Origin: a virus
Taxonomy: Duplodnaviria; Caudoviricetes
Virus record (IMG/VR): IMGVR_UViG_3300035498_000877
Location: 192,001-256,000 of that record
DNA: 64,000 nucleotides
Strand: one strand, 5' to 3'
Position numbers and translations under genes: made by a program. This document shows, piece by piece, positions 1 through 12,200 of this stretch. The first letter of the stretch is position 1. Every line of letters begins with the position of its first letter. Below the pieces are notes generated by a model. It did not search any database. It had not been told where the DNA came from and saw only the letters and a list, made by a program, of their open reading frames with translations.

Positions 1-20
1 AAAGAGGAGCAAAATCAGCA

Positions 21-302
21 ATGGAGAATAAGATCATTAATCTTAAAGATGAATGTAAACCTATCATTGATGAGCTAAAAAAGGAAATGAATATAATTGA
101 TGTCATTTCCAATTTGACACCGGAACAGCTTAAGGCAATGCAGACAGCAATTAAGCTTGCAAAGAAAACATCTGATGATGCTATTGATCTTATCGCTGAG
201 TTAGAGTGGAGAATCCAGGAGATTGACGAAACACACGAAATGGTACAAGAAATCAAAGAGCAGAATGAAGAAATATTAAGATTGCTCAGATCAAAAGAAT
301 AA
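21..302 (+). CDS. hypothetical coiled-coil protein
   Basis: 93-aa ORF with GAGG RBS upstream and a terminator hairpin downstream. Confidence 0.7.
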   Translation: MENKIINLKDECKPIIDELKKEMNIIDVISNLTPEQLKAMQTAIKLAKKTSDDAIDLIAELEWRIQEIDETHEMVQEIKEQNEEILRLLRSKE

Positions 303-310
303 AAAATATT

Positions 311-338
311 GGGAGATGAAAATCTCCCTTTATTTTTT
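311..338. terminator. bidirectional intrinsic terminator
   Basis: GGGAGAT/ATCTCCC stem with A-run before and T-run after, between convergent genes. Confidence 0.75.
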
Positions 339-867
339 ATATGATTGATAATATTTTTATTACTGCAAATCCATAATTTTTTCCATCTAATTCAAATGGA
401 AAATACTTCTTAATTGATACAGCCAAATTATTTGAATATTTAAATGTAATATAATTCAAATTATTCAACTCAGCTTTTCTCAATCTAACTGGAAACAAAT
501 TCTTATTAATCATAATTTGATATGCTAATTCATCACTCAATTTGATTTCTATATTCTTCCCTTGATTAAATAGATCTGGATCTATATCAATCCAATTATC
601 ATATGTATTCATGATATCAATTATCTTAAATAGATAATAATTTTCATCATTAATTGTAGCTTCTTTAATACTTCCCTTTAGTTCTTCATCATTCAATATT
701 AGATTCCATAATTCAATATCTGGAATAATCACTACATTGTTAGATTTTTTATCTTTAGAAATTATATTCCTATTAACATAAATATAATTTGTAAGTGATG
801 CTCTATGCATCACCTCTTTAAATATATTTAATGAATCATCAATGCTTTTGATTTTCTTTCCGGCCAT
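337..867 (-). CDS. hypothetical protein
   Basis: 176-aa ORF, GGAGG RBS inside the upstream HD gene, overlapping operon arrangement. Confidence 0.7.
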   Translation of the reverse strand: MAGKKIKSIDDSLNIFKEVMHRASLTNYIYVNRNIISKDKKSNNVVIIPDIELWNLILNDEELKGSIKEATINDENYYLFKIIDIMNTYDNWIDIDPDLFNQGKNIEIKLSDELAYQIMINKNLFPVRLRKAELNNLNYITFKYSNNLAVSIKKYFPFELDGKNYGFAVIKILSII

Positions 868-1643
868 GCCTTATTCCCTCCTAGGTCTTTAATACTTGAT
901 ACCTCTGAAACTATTGGATTATCAACTTTCAGTCTATTAAAATAATATTGTACTGATTCTAATCCATATTTTTCTTCAGATTTTCCATTGCCTATTACAC
1001 GAGCTAAATATAATCCTAAACTATAATTTAGCTCCCTACCTGAAGATCCAAATACAACTTGATCAAGATCAACTCTTACTTCTGAATGTAAATGATTGAT
1101 CTTTAAATAATTGGATGATAATTTATCAGCTAATACAATTATATCGATCATACGTTGTAACTTTAATGGTAGTGTTTCATAAATAGGTATAATTGGGCAA
1201 GCATGAAAAGCAACTGGATAAATTATATAAGGATCTTCAATACCAAATTCTTTGTTCAAAAATATTGCCCCTGATAATGGATGATACTGAATTGATGTAT
1301 TAAAATAATCATCTAATTTAAATTTCTCAAGTGTATCAAGATTAGATCTTACATACCTAGTAGTATCTTGTGGAATAACATGACCTCTCCAGATAACTTG
1401 ATTTTCAAGTTTTGGATCTAAAGATTTTTCTTTAAGTATGTCATGTGCCAATGCACAGTATACAAGTTTCTTCCTGTCAAGATGAAAATGCATTCTATCA
1501 TTTAATAATAATGCATAATCTCTGACAAGTTGAATATGTTTCATTTTGTATTCCCATGTAGGAATATTTTTACAGATGAAATAATTCAAATCAAGTAATA
1601 ATGCTTGGTCTGGATCTAAATATCTAAATTTATTATTCATCAT
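828..1643 (-). CDS. HD-domain phosphohydrolase (YqeK-like)
   Basis: HD-superfamily ligand pattern H(IQLV)...AHD(ILKE)...H(PLSGA)...FH...LADK. Confidence 0.75.
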   Translation of the reverse strand: MMNNKFRYLDPDQALLLDLNYFICKNIPTWEYKMKHIQLVRDYALLLNDRMHFHLDRKKLVYCALAHDILKEKSLDPKLENQVIWRGHVIPQDTTRYVRSNLDTLEKFKLDDYFNTSIQYHPLSGAIFLNKEFGIEDPYIIYPVAFHACPIIPIYETLPLKLQRMIDIIVLADKLSSNYLKINHLHSEVRVDLDQVVFGSSGRELNYSLGLYLARVIGNGKSEEKYGLESVQYYFNRLKVDNPIVSEVSSIKDLGGNKAWPERKSKALMIH

Positions 1644-1683
1644 AATTAGAACTCCTTTATTATTTATTTTTATATCTATATAT

Positions 1684-1730
1684 AGAATATATAATTTAGA
1701 AGCGAAGTATATATTTTGATGATATATTAT
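1684..1730. promoter_or_regulatory. back-to-back putative phage early promoters
   Basis: ATATATTCT on minus (1684-1692) and ATATATTAT on plus (1722-1730) between divergent genes; same motif recurs window-wide. Confidence 0.6.
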
Positions 1731-1784
1731 GTAATCAGTAATAAATATATACTATCATTTTTAAAGCAAGAAAGGAAAACCAAA

Positions 1785-2693
1785 ATGAAAAAGTACACAA
1801 CACGCAACTGTGACAGGAGAAATCCTTACACAAATGCAGTAACACCAAAACTATATCATCGCGGGAAAATCAATTATGGACGAAGAGCAATGTATTTATT
1901 ATTATTGCTAGTTATTATTTTGACATTATCAATTTCAGCTATAATTTATTCTAATCGAGAAGAAACACCAAATGAAGAAATTATAACTGAGAAAGCGATG
2001 GCAACAATTGAAGTCAGTGATATGTATAACTTCTGTGGAATTACAGGACTTGGCGGAACATATGGAACATCAAATGCACAAGGAGTATACCTTGATATGA
2101 CTTCACCGTTAGTACGAAAGAAACTAAGTAACACATATGACGTATCTACTATTAATATGCTAGTAGGTGCTGATACACTTAATCTTGGAACATCTATATT
2201 GACAAATCAAATATTGCCAACTAAATATTATGGTAATATAGATTTCTCATCATTCCAACCTTATATGTCATACAAAAAGATTACTTCTAAATCATCTCCA
2301 GCATATAAGATATCACATTCTGAAAATGCATATACAGATGAATATGGATTTAGAAGATATAAAACGAATTCAGAAAATCAAATTACAATTAATGAACAAG
2401 ATGATTATATTGTAGCAATGGGTACATTTTATAAAGAGAAAGGGACAGCAGGAGAACGATTTTTAGTAACGACAACAACAGGAGCATTTACAGTAATAAC
2501 TGGAGATGAAAAGGCTGATCAAGATACAGATTCAATGAATATGTTTACTACTCATAAAGGATCGGCAGCAATATTAGAATGGGTAGTAGATGAAGATAAA
2601 TTAGAATCAGAAGTAAAACAATCAGGTACAGTTACTAGTTCATCAATGGAAGCATTGCATGGAACTATAACTTCAATATATAAAATTAATTAA
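1785..2693 (+). CDS. membrane-anchored protein, possible 3D/double-psi-barrel cell-wall domain
   Basis: ATG 1785 follows AAGGA; hydrophobic run LLLLLVIILTLSISAII; C-terminal YMSY..IT, YIVAMG, GDEKADQDTD motifs; fold call is inference. Confidence 0.55.
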   Translation: MKKYTTRNCDRRNPYTNAVTPKLYHRGKINYGRRAMYLLLLLVIILTLSISAIIYSNREETPNEEIITEKAMATIEVSDMYNFCGITGLGGTYGTSNAQGVYLDMTSPLVRKKLSNTYDVSTINMLVGADTLNLGTSILTNQILPTKYYGNIDFSSFQPYMSYKKITSKSSPAYKISHSENAYTDEYGFRRYKTNSENQITINEQDDYIVAMGTFYKEKGTAGERFLVTTTTGAFTVITGDEKADQDTDSMNMFTTHKGSAAILEWVVDEDKLESEVKQSGTVTSSSMEALHGTITSIYKIN

Positions 2694-2819
2694 GTAATAA
2701 ATAAGAAGAGAGGGAGAAGTCCCTCTCTTTATTTTTTATCGCATATTTGATAATAATGATAATATATTTTAATAATGTAATAAAATAAAATAATATTTTA
2801 TATTAAGGAGGAAATATAT

Positions 2820-2987
2820 ATGACAGTAAAAGAATATCGTGACTGGATGTATAATCCAGATAATCAACTTAACTGTGATGAATGCCCTGAAAATCTAGAT
2901 ACCACTAATTCACAGTGGAAATATCCATGTGGCCAACAAACATGTTGGGTCACTGTACATTGCAATAGAAAGGAGGAAGAATTATGA
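2820..2987 (+). CDS. small Cys-rich protein, 55 aa (not in ORF track)
   Basis: AGGAGG RBS; MTVKEYRDWMYNPDNQLNCDECPE...PCGQQTCWVTVHC...; TGA overlaps next ATG (ATGA). Confidence 0.7.
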   Translation: MTVKEYRDWMYNPDNQLNCDECPENLDTTNSQWKYPCGQQTCWVTVHCNRKEEEL

Positions 2988-3169
2988 TAGTAGATCTTAC
3001 AGATACGAGCTGGTGGTGGTTAGGTTATATTATATTCTTCATATTTATGATTGGATTATTCCGTGTAGGAATTATTCTAGATCGTGTTATCTGTGCTTTC
3101 ATCGATGCAGTCCAACAGGAACTTGCAGAGAGAAGAGCAGATAACAGTAATAAAAATAAGAGATGTTAG
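2984..3169 (+). CDS. small membrane protein
   Basis: AGGAGG RBS, hydrophobic stretch WWWLGYIIFFIFMIGLF. Confidence 0.7.
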   Translation: MIVDLTDTSWWWLGYIIFFIFMIGLFRVGIILDRVICAFIDAVQQELAERRADNSNKNKRC

Positions 3170-3245
3170 CATCTCTTATTTTTTTCTCATGATGATTTTC
3201 CACCACCTTCTAAATAATATTTTGAAGGGATAAGGCGGTGAAGAC

Positions 3246-6200
3246 ATGAGTGCTTCTATAAGTACAAAAAAGGAAAAGAGCTCTTCTATTACTAAGTTGG
3301 CTCCAATCGGATCCATGTTAAAAGAAGTAGGCATAGATTATATCAAAGAAGTTGCTCCGACTTCTTCATCTATAGCAGGGGAAGTAAATAGAGCTGGAAC
3401 AGAAGTTGCAAAAACAATAGCTATTACTAATAAAGATATTCAGCAAAAAGTTAAAAATTTTAAATTGCAAAATGTATATAAAAGTATACGAGGTTGGTTT
3501 GACAATGAACTTGATCAATATCGGGCTGCAGATGAAATGAATAATTTTGACGATTATAATTTTGATTTTGATGATGGAGAATCATCAAATTCAAATATAT
3601 CTATGGCTGAAGTTGAAGTTGATACAGCTACCCAAAATGCAAATAAAATATCTAGAGCTATAACTGAAACATCTTCTCATTTGATGGAAGCTCAAATAGC
3701 TTCTGTTGCAAATGTGAATACTGCTATTGATAATCAGACCAAAATTATTACAGCTGGTTTTGATAAATTAAATGGCAATGTTGAAAAGTTAATGGAGATC
3801 ATGACTACAAATACAGCTGCTACTATTGAATCAACTTTAGCTGCAGCTGTTGCAGCTACTGAATCTGAAAGCAAGAATATTGATGGAACAGATATGCTTT
3901 CAAATGGAAAATTCAATGCATCTGAATATGTCAAAATGGTTACCCAGAACATAGAAAATACTACACCAGTAATCATGTTTAATACATTTAAGAATTTGAT
4001 GAAAAATAATATGGTTGGTGTATCCGATGTATTATCTATGGGACTAAAAAAGGTAATGGATGAAACCAAGATTGGTAGTGGAATTCAAGAAGGCATTAAA
4101 GCATTAGATGAATCATTGAATGATACATTATTATCAGCAGCTGTAACTCTTGGTAATGATACTGGATATGGTATTGGGTCTCAATTTAAGAAATTATTTG
4201 GTATTGATACTTCTCGTAAAAATGTCAGTATGGTTAAAGAGCCATTGAAACTTCAATCAGTTGCTTGGGATTCAATATCTAAGGAAGCTTTAGTAAATAC
4301 TATTCCAGGATATTTAAGAAAAATTCTTAAAGCAGTAGGTGGAGAAGATGTTATCTATGATTATAAGGGCAGAGGATTCAAAACTGAAAAGCAAGTGCAG
4401 CAACAGTTTGATAGAATCGTAAATAGAACTGGTAATTTATATAGTGCCAGTGATAATATTAGGAAGGCATTTGGAAATTCTACAGATTCATTTACATTAA
4501 TGGCATATGATATGATGATAAATGATCTTGGAGAAAGATCAGGTAAGTATGGAAAATCAATGAATGATACTATCATGTCATTCAGTGATAAAAATAAAGC
4601 AGAAAATTATGTACTTAATGATCTATTCCAAGGACAATTAACTGAAGCTGATGCAGATAAAGCAAAGAAGTTTGCTGAGTCTCTTTCTAAGATGGAAAAA
4701 GGATATGGCTGGGAAGAGCTTCAAATGCAAGCTGCTAAGCAGAATGTAAATAGAAATAGAACTGTTGCTGAATATAAGAGAAATGCTAATTTATATAATC
4801 TCGATATGAGTGCAGTTAGTGATGATTTTAAAAATCAGCAACGATATATTCAAGATCAGTATAATATACTTCCAGAAAAATCTAAGATACAGAATGAATC
4901 TGCAACTATAGTTTCAGCAGATCTATTTACATCTGGAGTTGATTATACAAATAAAGCATTATATGAAATATTCAGAAGACTTGATACTGGTATAAATGTA
5001 TTTAAAGTTGGTGAATCAAATATTCAAACAGAAAAGTTTGAAGAATTTGGAGATGATAAATTACCACCTCCAAAGAATTATATCCCTAAACATCTAATAC
5101 CTAATACTTCAATTGGTACTACTGCATCAACAATTGCTGGTTCAATACCTCCAAGATCTGAAGAAGATAATCTTCTCAAAAATAATGTTGATGAAGAAAC
5201 TGGTGAAACTGAAAATCTTACAAGAGGTGAACGTTTTAAGAGATGGGCACATAAACGTGGTGGTGATTTCAAATCAGCTGTATTTGCTGGTGATAAAAAT
5301 CAAATAAGACAAGTAGTACGTGATACAGTTGGAGATATGTCTGATATTGCTACTGATTATGTTAAAAAAGGCGCTGGTAAAGTAAATGATGCTTTTGGTA
5401 ATGTATCAGGATATCTTAAACACAAGATGTTTGGTACAGGATATTCATATACATCCAGAGATGAAAATGGTAATCCTAAGACAGTTAATATTGGAAAGAA
5501 CGAAAAAGGTGGTATATTAGGATTTGTTACCGATAATATCAAAGAGTCATTTAGTAATATAAAAGCTAAAGGTTCTAAATGGTTGAATGATGTCAAAGGT
5601 TACTTTGATTATGGTCCCACTAATTCAAATGATCCAGAAGACAAGAAGATTGCCACCAAACGTAAAGCATTTATGGGAACAACTATCGGTGCAATGGCTG
5701 GCGGTGGAATATTGGGTGGTCCTATTGGAATGTTAATGGGAGCAATTGGCGGAGCAGCATTATCAGTTGGCGGAGTTGATATTAAGAGTAAACTATTTGG
5801 TATTGATAAAAAGACTGGCAAACCCACTGGATTTGTTTCCAAGATAGCTGATAAGATAGTTAGCCCATTTCAATATCAAATGGAAAAGACATTCAATTTC
5901 ATTGGCGGAAGTTTAAAGAAGAATCTTATTGGACCAATATCAGATATTGGATATACCATTAAACGAAAATTCGTTGATAAAGTTGAAGAGAAAGCTAAAG
6001 GATTTGGAGCATTTATTAAGCGAGAAGTCAAAGCTGGTATCAAAGGTATATTCGGACTGATATCGTTACCATTTAAAGGATTAAGTTTCTTGGGTAAAAA
6101 AGCTAAAGAAGGTATTGGTTCATTAGGTGAAAAGATATCTGGAGCAACAGAAGATTCAACATCAATAAAGGGTAAAGTTGCTAATAAGGTTGGTCAAGGA

Positions 6201-9200
6201 TTGCAATATGTTGGTAATAGATCTGTTGGCGGAATGTTATCAGATGCTATTGTTGGCGTAACTGGTAAAACTTCTGAATTGACTAGTCAACTTGCTGGTG
6301 GTGGTATTAGAGCAGTTCTAGGCACAAAAGGATTTGTTACAAGACATGGATTGGAAAGCATATCAAATGTTATTGCTGGTGATACTGTTATCAGAAATGA
6401 GTTAAAAGATAGACGTAAAGCTAGAGATGCACAAGTAGATCAAGAACGTGAAGGATATAAATGGGGAAGCTTTAAAGATTGGAAAGATCAAAAATATGCT
6501 AACCGTGCTAAGAAGATGGGAGAACTTAGTGATTATCTAGCTGAGCAACAAGTTGATATGTCAGCCAATATAGCTGAGTCTAATGCAGAAATTTCTGAAC
6601 AGATAAAAGATACAAATGAAAAGATGGATTCAGTTGAAGATAATGTACAGACACTTACTGATTTAGGATCTGAAATAGGTTCTATTTATGTACATGATCA
6701 AGGAATACATGATCGTCTTGATACAATTATCAGTATAATATCTAAACATTTTGGAGTTGATGTTGAAAATAATGAAGAAATACCAGATATTATTGATATT
6801 GATGAAACAAGTGGATTTAAAGAACTTCCTGAGTTACCAGAAAGCAATACATCAATAATACCTACTGATGATGGAAATCCTAAAGATGATGTTGTTGGTT
6901 CAGCAATTACAGCTGCTTCAACACTTGCAATATCAGGTGATACAATTGAAACAGATGAATTACATGACGCAACATCAATTATTGATGAAGCAAATAAAAC
7001 TGATCCTTCAGAAGAAAAGATTACTGATGATTTGAAAGATATGATGTCAATTCAGCAGGATAAGAAGGAAGAAGAAAAAGAAGATGATGATGAGAATGAA
7101 AGTATATTCAGTAAAATACTTTCTGGAGTTAGTGGAATCGGATCTTCACTTCTAAGTGTAATTGGTAATATACCTTCAATACTTACGGCAGCTCTTGGTA
7201 TCTATGCATTAATTACTAATATTGATACAGTTGTATCAAATATATCTAGTTGGTTTAAAAAAGATACTGATGAAGATGCCCAGACAAAAGGTGCTAATGC
7301 GGTAACAGCAGTTGTTGATACACAAGCTGATAGTTTATGGGATTATGCTATTCCAGGAGCTGATTTATATCATAATGATAAAGATGCCACTGGTGAATAT
7401 ATCAGAAATGATGCAGCAACAAATCTCAAAGATGATCTACTATATGAAACTAACTTAAAGACATCATTAGCAAACTCAGCATGGAATAATCCTTCAATGA
7501 ATTCATTGAGATCTGAGATATCATTAGATAATGCAGTAAAATATGCTGAGAAAGCTGAATCAGCTAAATCTAGTATAGGTAAGAAGTATTATGAGTATAA
7601 ATCAGAGAAAGCTTTAAACAATGCTGAAAAGTATGAAGGAATGGCTAACTCTAATGAGATAAATACTGATAATCTTACTCAGAAAAAACTACAAAATCAA
7701 GCTGACAAAGCACAAGCTAAAGCTGATAAATATCAAGAAAAAGCTGATAATGCTACATCAGAGAAACAAGCTGAGAAATACCAGAAGAAAGCAGATAGTG
7801 CACAAGCTGAAGCTTCAAATCTTGAGAGTGAAAAAGAGAAGTTCTCTAATTCTACAATTGGTGGAGTTGCAACACAAGCAACAAAAGTTGGAATAACATA
7901 TCTTGGATCTAGTGCAGCTGGAGGAATCGCCAGTACGATTGCATCTAAAGCTGGTGCAAGTGAAGAAACTGCATCTACTATTGGTAATGTTACAACATCA
8001 GCTGTTACAGCAGGTGTAGTTGCTGCAGAAGGACTTGCCACAATGAAAGGCAAGACTACTGCATTGGATAAACTTGCAACAGCATTGGTAGATGGTCTTG
8101 CTAGTATATGTTCTACAATTGGAACAAAACTTGCATCTTCATCATTGGGTAAAAAATTAGGAGCTGATAAAATTAGTGATTGGATAAAAGAATTTAGTAG
8201 CAATCTTACTACTGGATTTGCATCTAAATTAACAGATACTATTCTGAAGAAGATAAATAGTGGTTTGGAAGCTGTTTCTGCAAAATTGGGTCTTGGAACA
8301 ACATTAACATTATCAACAGCCGGATTAGCTGTACTAGCTGGTGGTGCAGTAGGATTACTTAGTGGAGCTTGTACAACCCCACATCTTTTTGGTGTTGCAC
8401 CAGATGATGCTGATATATGGATGAAATTAATTTCATCTGCATTGGGAGCTGCATTTGGAGCTGCTGAAATGACACCTGCAGGATGGATATTCTGTATCAT
8501 AGATATCATCGATGAAGTTGTAAAGATGATTCCTGGTGGATTCTTTAAGTATGGTCTAAAGGGAGCACTTGCACAAGGATTATATAGCTTATGTGGTGGA
8601 TCTGAGAAACTTGAAGAGAAACAAGAGCGTATGTCAGAAATACGTGAAAATTACAATAGTACATATGGAACTAATTTGGATGAAGCAACATTCAATGATT
8701 ATGTAAACTCTTCAGGATTGTTAGACACAATATGGAATGGTACTGCCAAAATTACAGATGATAATGAATTAGTAACTGATGAAGGTGGTAAAGTTAAAAA
8801 GTCATGGGGTCTTAAGAACATCTTTGTCGGCAATGATACTGAATATGAAAAAGATGAAAATGGTAATCTTATTAAAGATTCCAATGGCAATTCTATTGTT
8901 AAGACTGATGCATATGGAAATGTACAGAAGAAGAATGCTAAAATTGTTGATACAATAAAAGATGATGCCAATTCTATTAAACGATTCTTTACTGGTGGTA
9001 CTGAATATGAGACTGATGAAAATGGTAATGTAGTTTATGATGAAAATGGTAATGCTGTTGTTGCAAAAGAAGAAAAAGGATTAGTTGGACGTATTAAAGA
9101 AAATGGTCTTAGTGCAAGTTCAATTCTTGGTGATAAGGCAATGAATAAAGCCAAAGCGAAAGCAGAAAATATGGCAGAAACCATTTCAACTATCAAAGAG

Positions 9201-12200
9201 AAAGCATCCAATGTACTTGATAATATATCAACAGGGTTATCATCTATAGGTACATCAATTTCAGATACAGCATCAAGTATAGCCGATAAAGCAACTACTG
9301 GTTTGAAAAATGTTAAAGATTCATTAGATAAGAAAACTTCTGAGATAGCTGATAAAGCATCTGAATTAGGAGATAAAGCTGTATCAGGATTAAAGAGTGC
9401 TGGTAGCAGTGTATTAAGTTTCTTTGGATTTGGAAATAAAGACTCAGAAGAAGATACTGATGAAGATGGTACTAAATTATCTGATAATGTTTCTGCATCA
9501 GCTAATACTGGTAAAGCATTTAAATCAACACTCAGTGGTTTGAATAAGATTAAATCAAAACTTCTTGGTGACTTAACTGATACTCTCGATGAATGGGAAA
9601 ATGAAGAATACGAATTAGATGAAGATGGAAATCCATTACTTGATGCTGATGGAAACAAGATAAAGAAAGGCGGTATATCTACAGCTATTAAATCATCAGC
9701 AGCTAAGATTACAAAATCAACATTATCTAAAGCAACAGATGCACTTGATAGTGTCAAGAGTGGTCTTGGAAGCTTATGGAACTCTATCAAAGATAAAGTA
9801 TTCAATACATCTAAAGATAGCAATGATACTACTGATGTAGCAATTGGTGGTCCAGAGGTATCTAATTATGATGATTCAGATGAAGCTGGTGCTGAAGCAT
9901 TTAGAGAATATCAGGATAAAAAACAAAGACAGAAGTATTATGAGAATAAAAATAAAAGTACTAACTATGATGATTCTGATGAAGCATTATTTGAATATCA
10001 ACAGGAACAACGAGCTGAAAATTATGCTAATTCTAAAGTTGCTGGTGGTAATCCATTATCACAAAACTATGATATTACTAGTGGATATGGTCAAAGAAAT
10101 ATCTCAGGTATTGAAGGAATGGGATCAATGCATTATGGAGTTGATTTACAACCAGTTGATTCATCACAAATTACTTGGGTTAAATCAACATATCCTGGAA
10201 CTATCATTGATGTTAAATCAGATGTACCAGATACTGATACAGCTGAAAAGACAGATAGTGGATGGAAATATAGTGGTAACAATAGCAGTGGTAACTATGT
10301 TAAGTATCAAACTGAAGATGGACAAATAATTGAAAATATGCATCTTAAACAAGGATCTATTCCTGGAAGTATATTTAAGGGTATGCATATTAATGCTGGC
10401 ACTGATCTTGGACAAGTTGGTTCTACTGGATTTTCAACTGCACCACATTTACATTATGCAATTAAAGATGAGAATGGTACATATAAAGATCCTACATCAT
10501 CATTGAACTCATCTAATCCAGTCGATAATTCAGTAAAGAATGAGGTACTAAATGATAGTACATCATCAGCTCAAGAGTATAATTCACAATATTCATCTGG
10601 CGATTATTCTTCATCAAGTAGTGATAGTAGTTCTAGTGGTATTAGTGGATTTATATCAAAACTACTTAGTCTTGGAAAACAATTTATATCAAAACTTACT
10701 GGTGGACTTATTGGTAGTGATGATAGTGACAGTAATAGTAGTATTGATTCTTCATCAAGTTATTCATCAGATAATGGTAATTATACATCATATGATTCAG
10801 TAGAATTAACAACAACTCCAAATACTAAGTGGGTAGAAATAGTTAGAGATGTAAAGAAAGCTGTAGCAGCATATCAACCAACATATTATACAGATGCAGG
10901 TTCTGAAAAATACGTTAATGTTACTGCGAACAATAAGACATACAAAACACGTGTTGACTGCTCAGGTATTATTGCAACAATGCTTAAGATTTATGGTGTG
11001 TTGGGAGACAGTGTTAATGTTACTTCAAGTTCATTATTAAGTAATAATTGCATACCAAGTGGATTTACACAGGTATCTTGGCCAGGTTGGGATAAGCTAG
11101 TTGAGGGTGATATAATGGCTAGATCTGGACATACAGAAATATTTGCTTATAATGATGGATCTAAACATTATGTTTATAATGGTGGATCTACAAAAGCTCT
11201 TAGAGCTGCTGGAGCTACAGTAAGTGGAGGTAGCCCATTTACAGTTATATGGAGATGTAATGAGGTTGGCTCATCAATTGGAACCGATGGATCATCATTA
11301 GTATCATCTGATGCTGTTAATAATAATCTAAGCGGTGGTGGAACAGTTTCATCTGCTTCAGAACAGCAAGTATGGTCAGAACTTGATAAGCTTGGTTATA
11401 ATGATACAGCTAAAGCCGGTATTATGGGCGTATGGTCATCTGAAACAAATAACAGAAATGATAGAATTGAAGGTGATTATCTTAAATCATTCCCTGGCTT
11501 CGATACAGTTACTACAGATAATACAGCTCTTAATGATTATACTCAGAATAAATTATTTGGAGCATATGCAAAATCAGGATTATCAATTAATAAATCAGCA
11601 TATAAAGGATCTGATGGAAACTTATATCCTGGATTCGGTATTGCACAATGGACTGGACCTAGAGCTGAGAATTTATTTAAATATACAAGCAATAAAGGAG
11701 AAAGCTGGAAGAGTCTAAAAGGTCAGATGGATTTCTTCAATAATGAAATGTCAACTAATGTTCGTGGGGTTACACAATCTGATATGAATTCACAAAAATC
11801 ACCATCAGATGCAGCTAAATTATTTGCCAATAAATTTGAGGGTACAAGCAAGAGTGATTGGATTTCACAACGTCAAGCAAATGCTAATCGTATTTATAAT
11901 AGTTTGGCAGGTTCAACATCTAATGGAGATAGTACAACAGCACTTGGTGGACCTATCCAGAATAATGCACCAATTGAAATTACTGAAGATAGTGGAATCC
12001 AGATTTCAGCTCCTGATGCTAAGAAATCTAGAAAAAAGAAGATTGATGATAACAAGATAATTGACATGAATAGAGTTTTACAAAATAGGAATAAATCATC
12101 TAAACAAGATGAAGGTTCTAGTTCTGATGGAACTACTTCTAAACGTGGAGTTGGTGGACCAAAGATTGATACAAATGCTATACCAGATAAATCTGAACTT

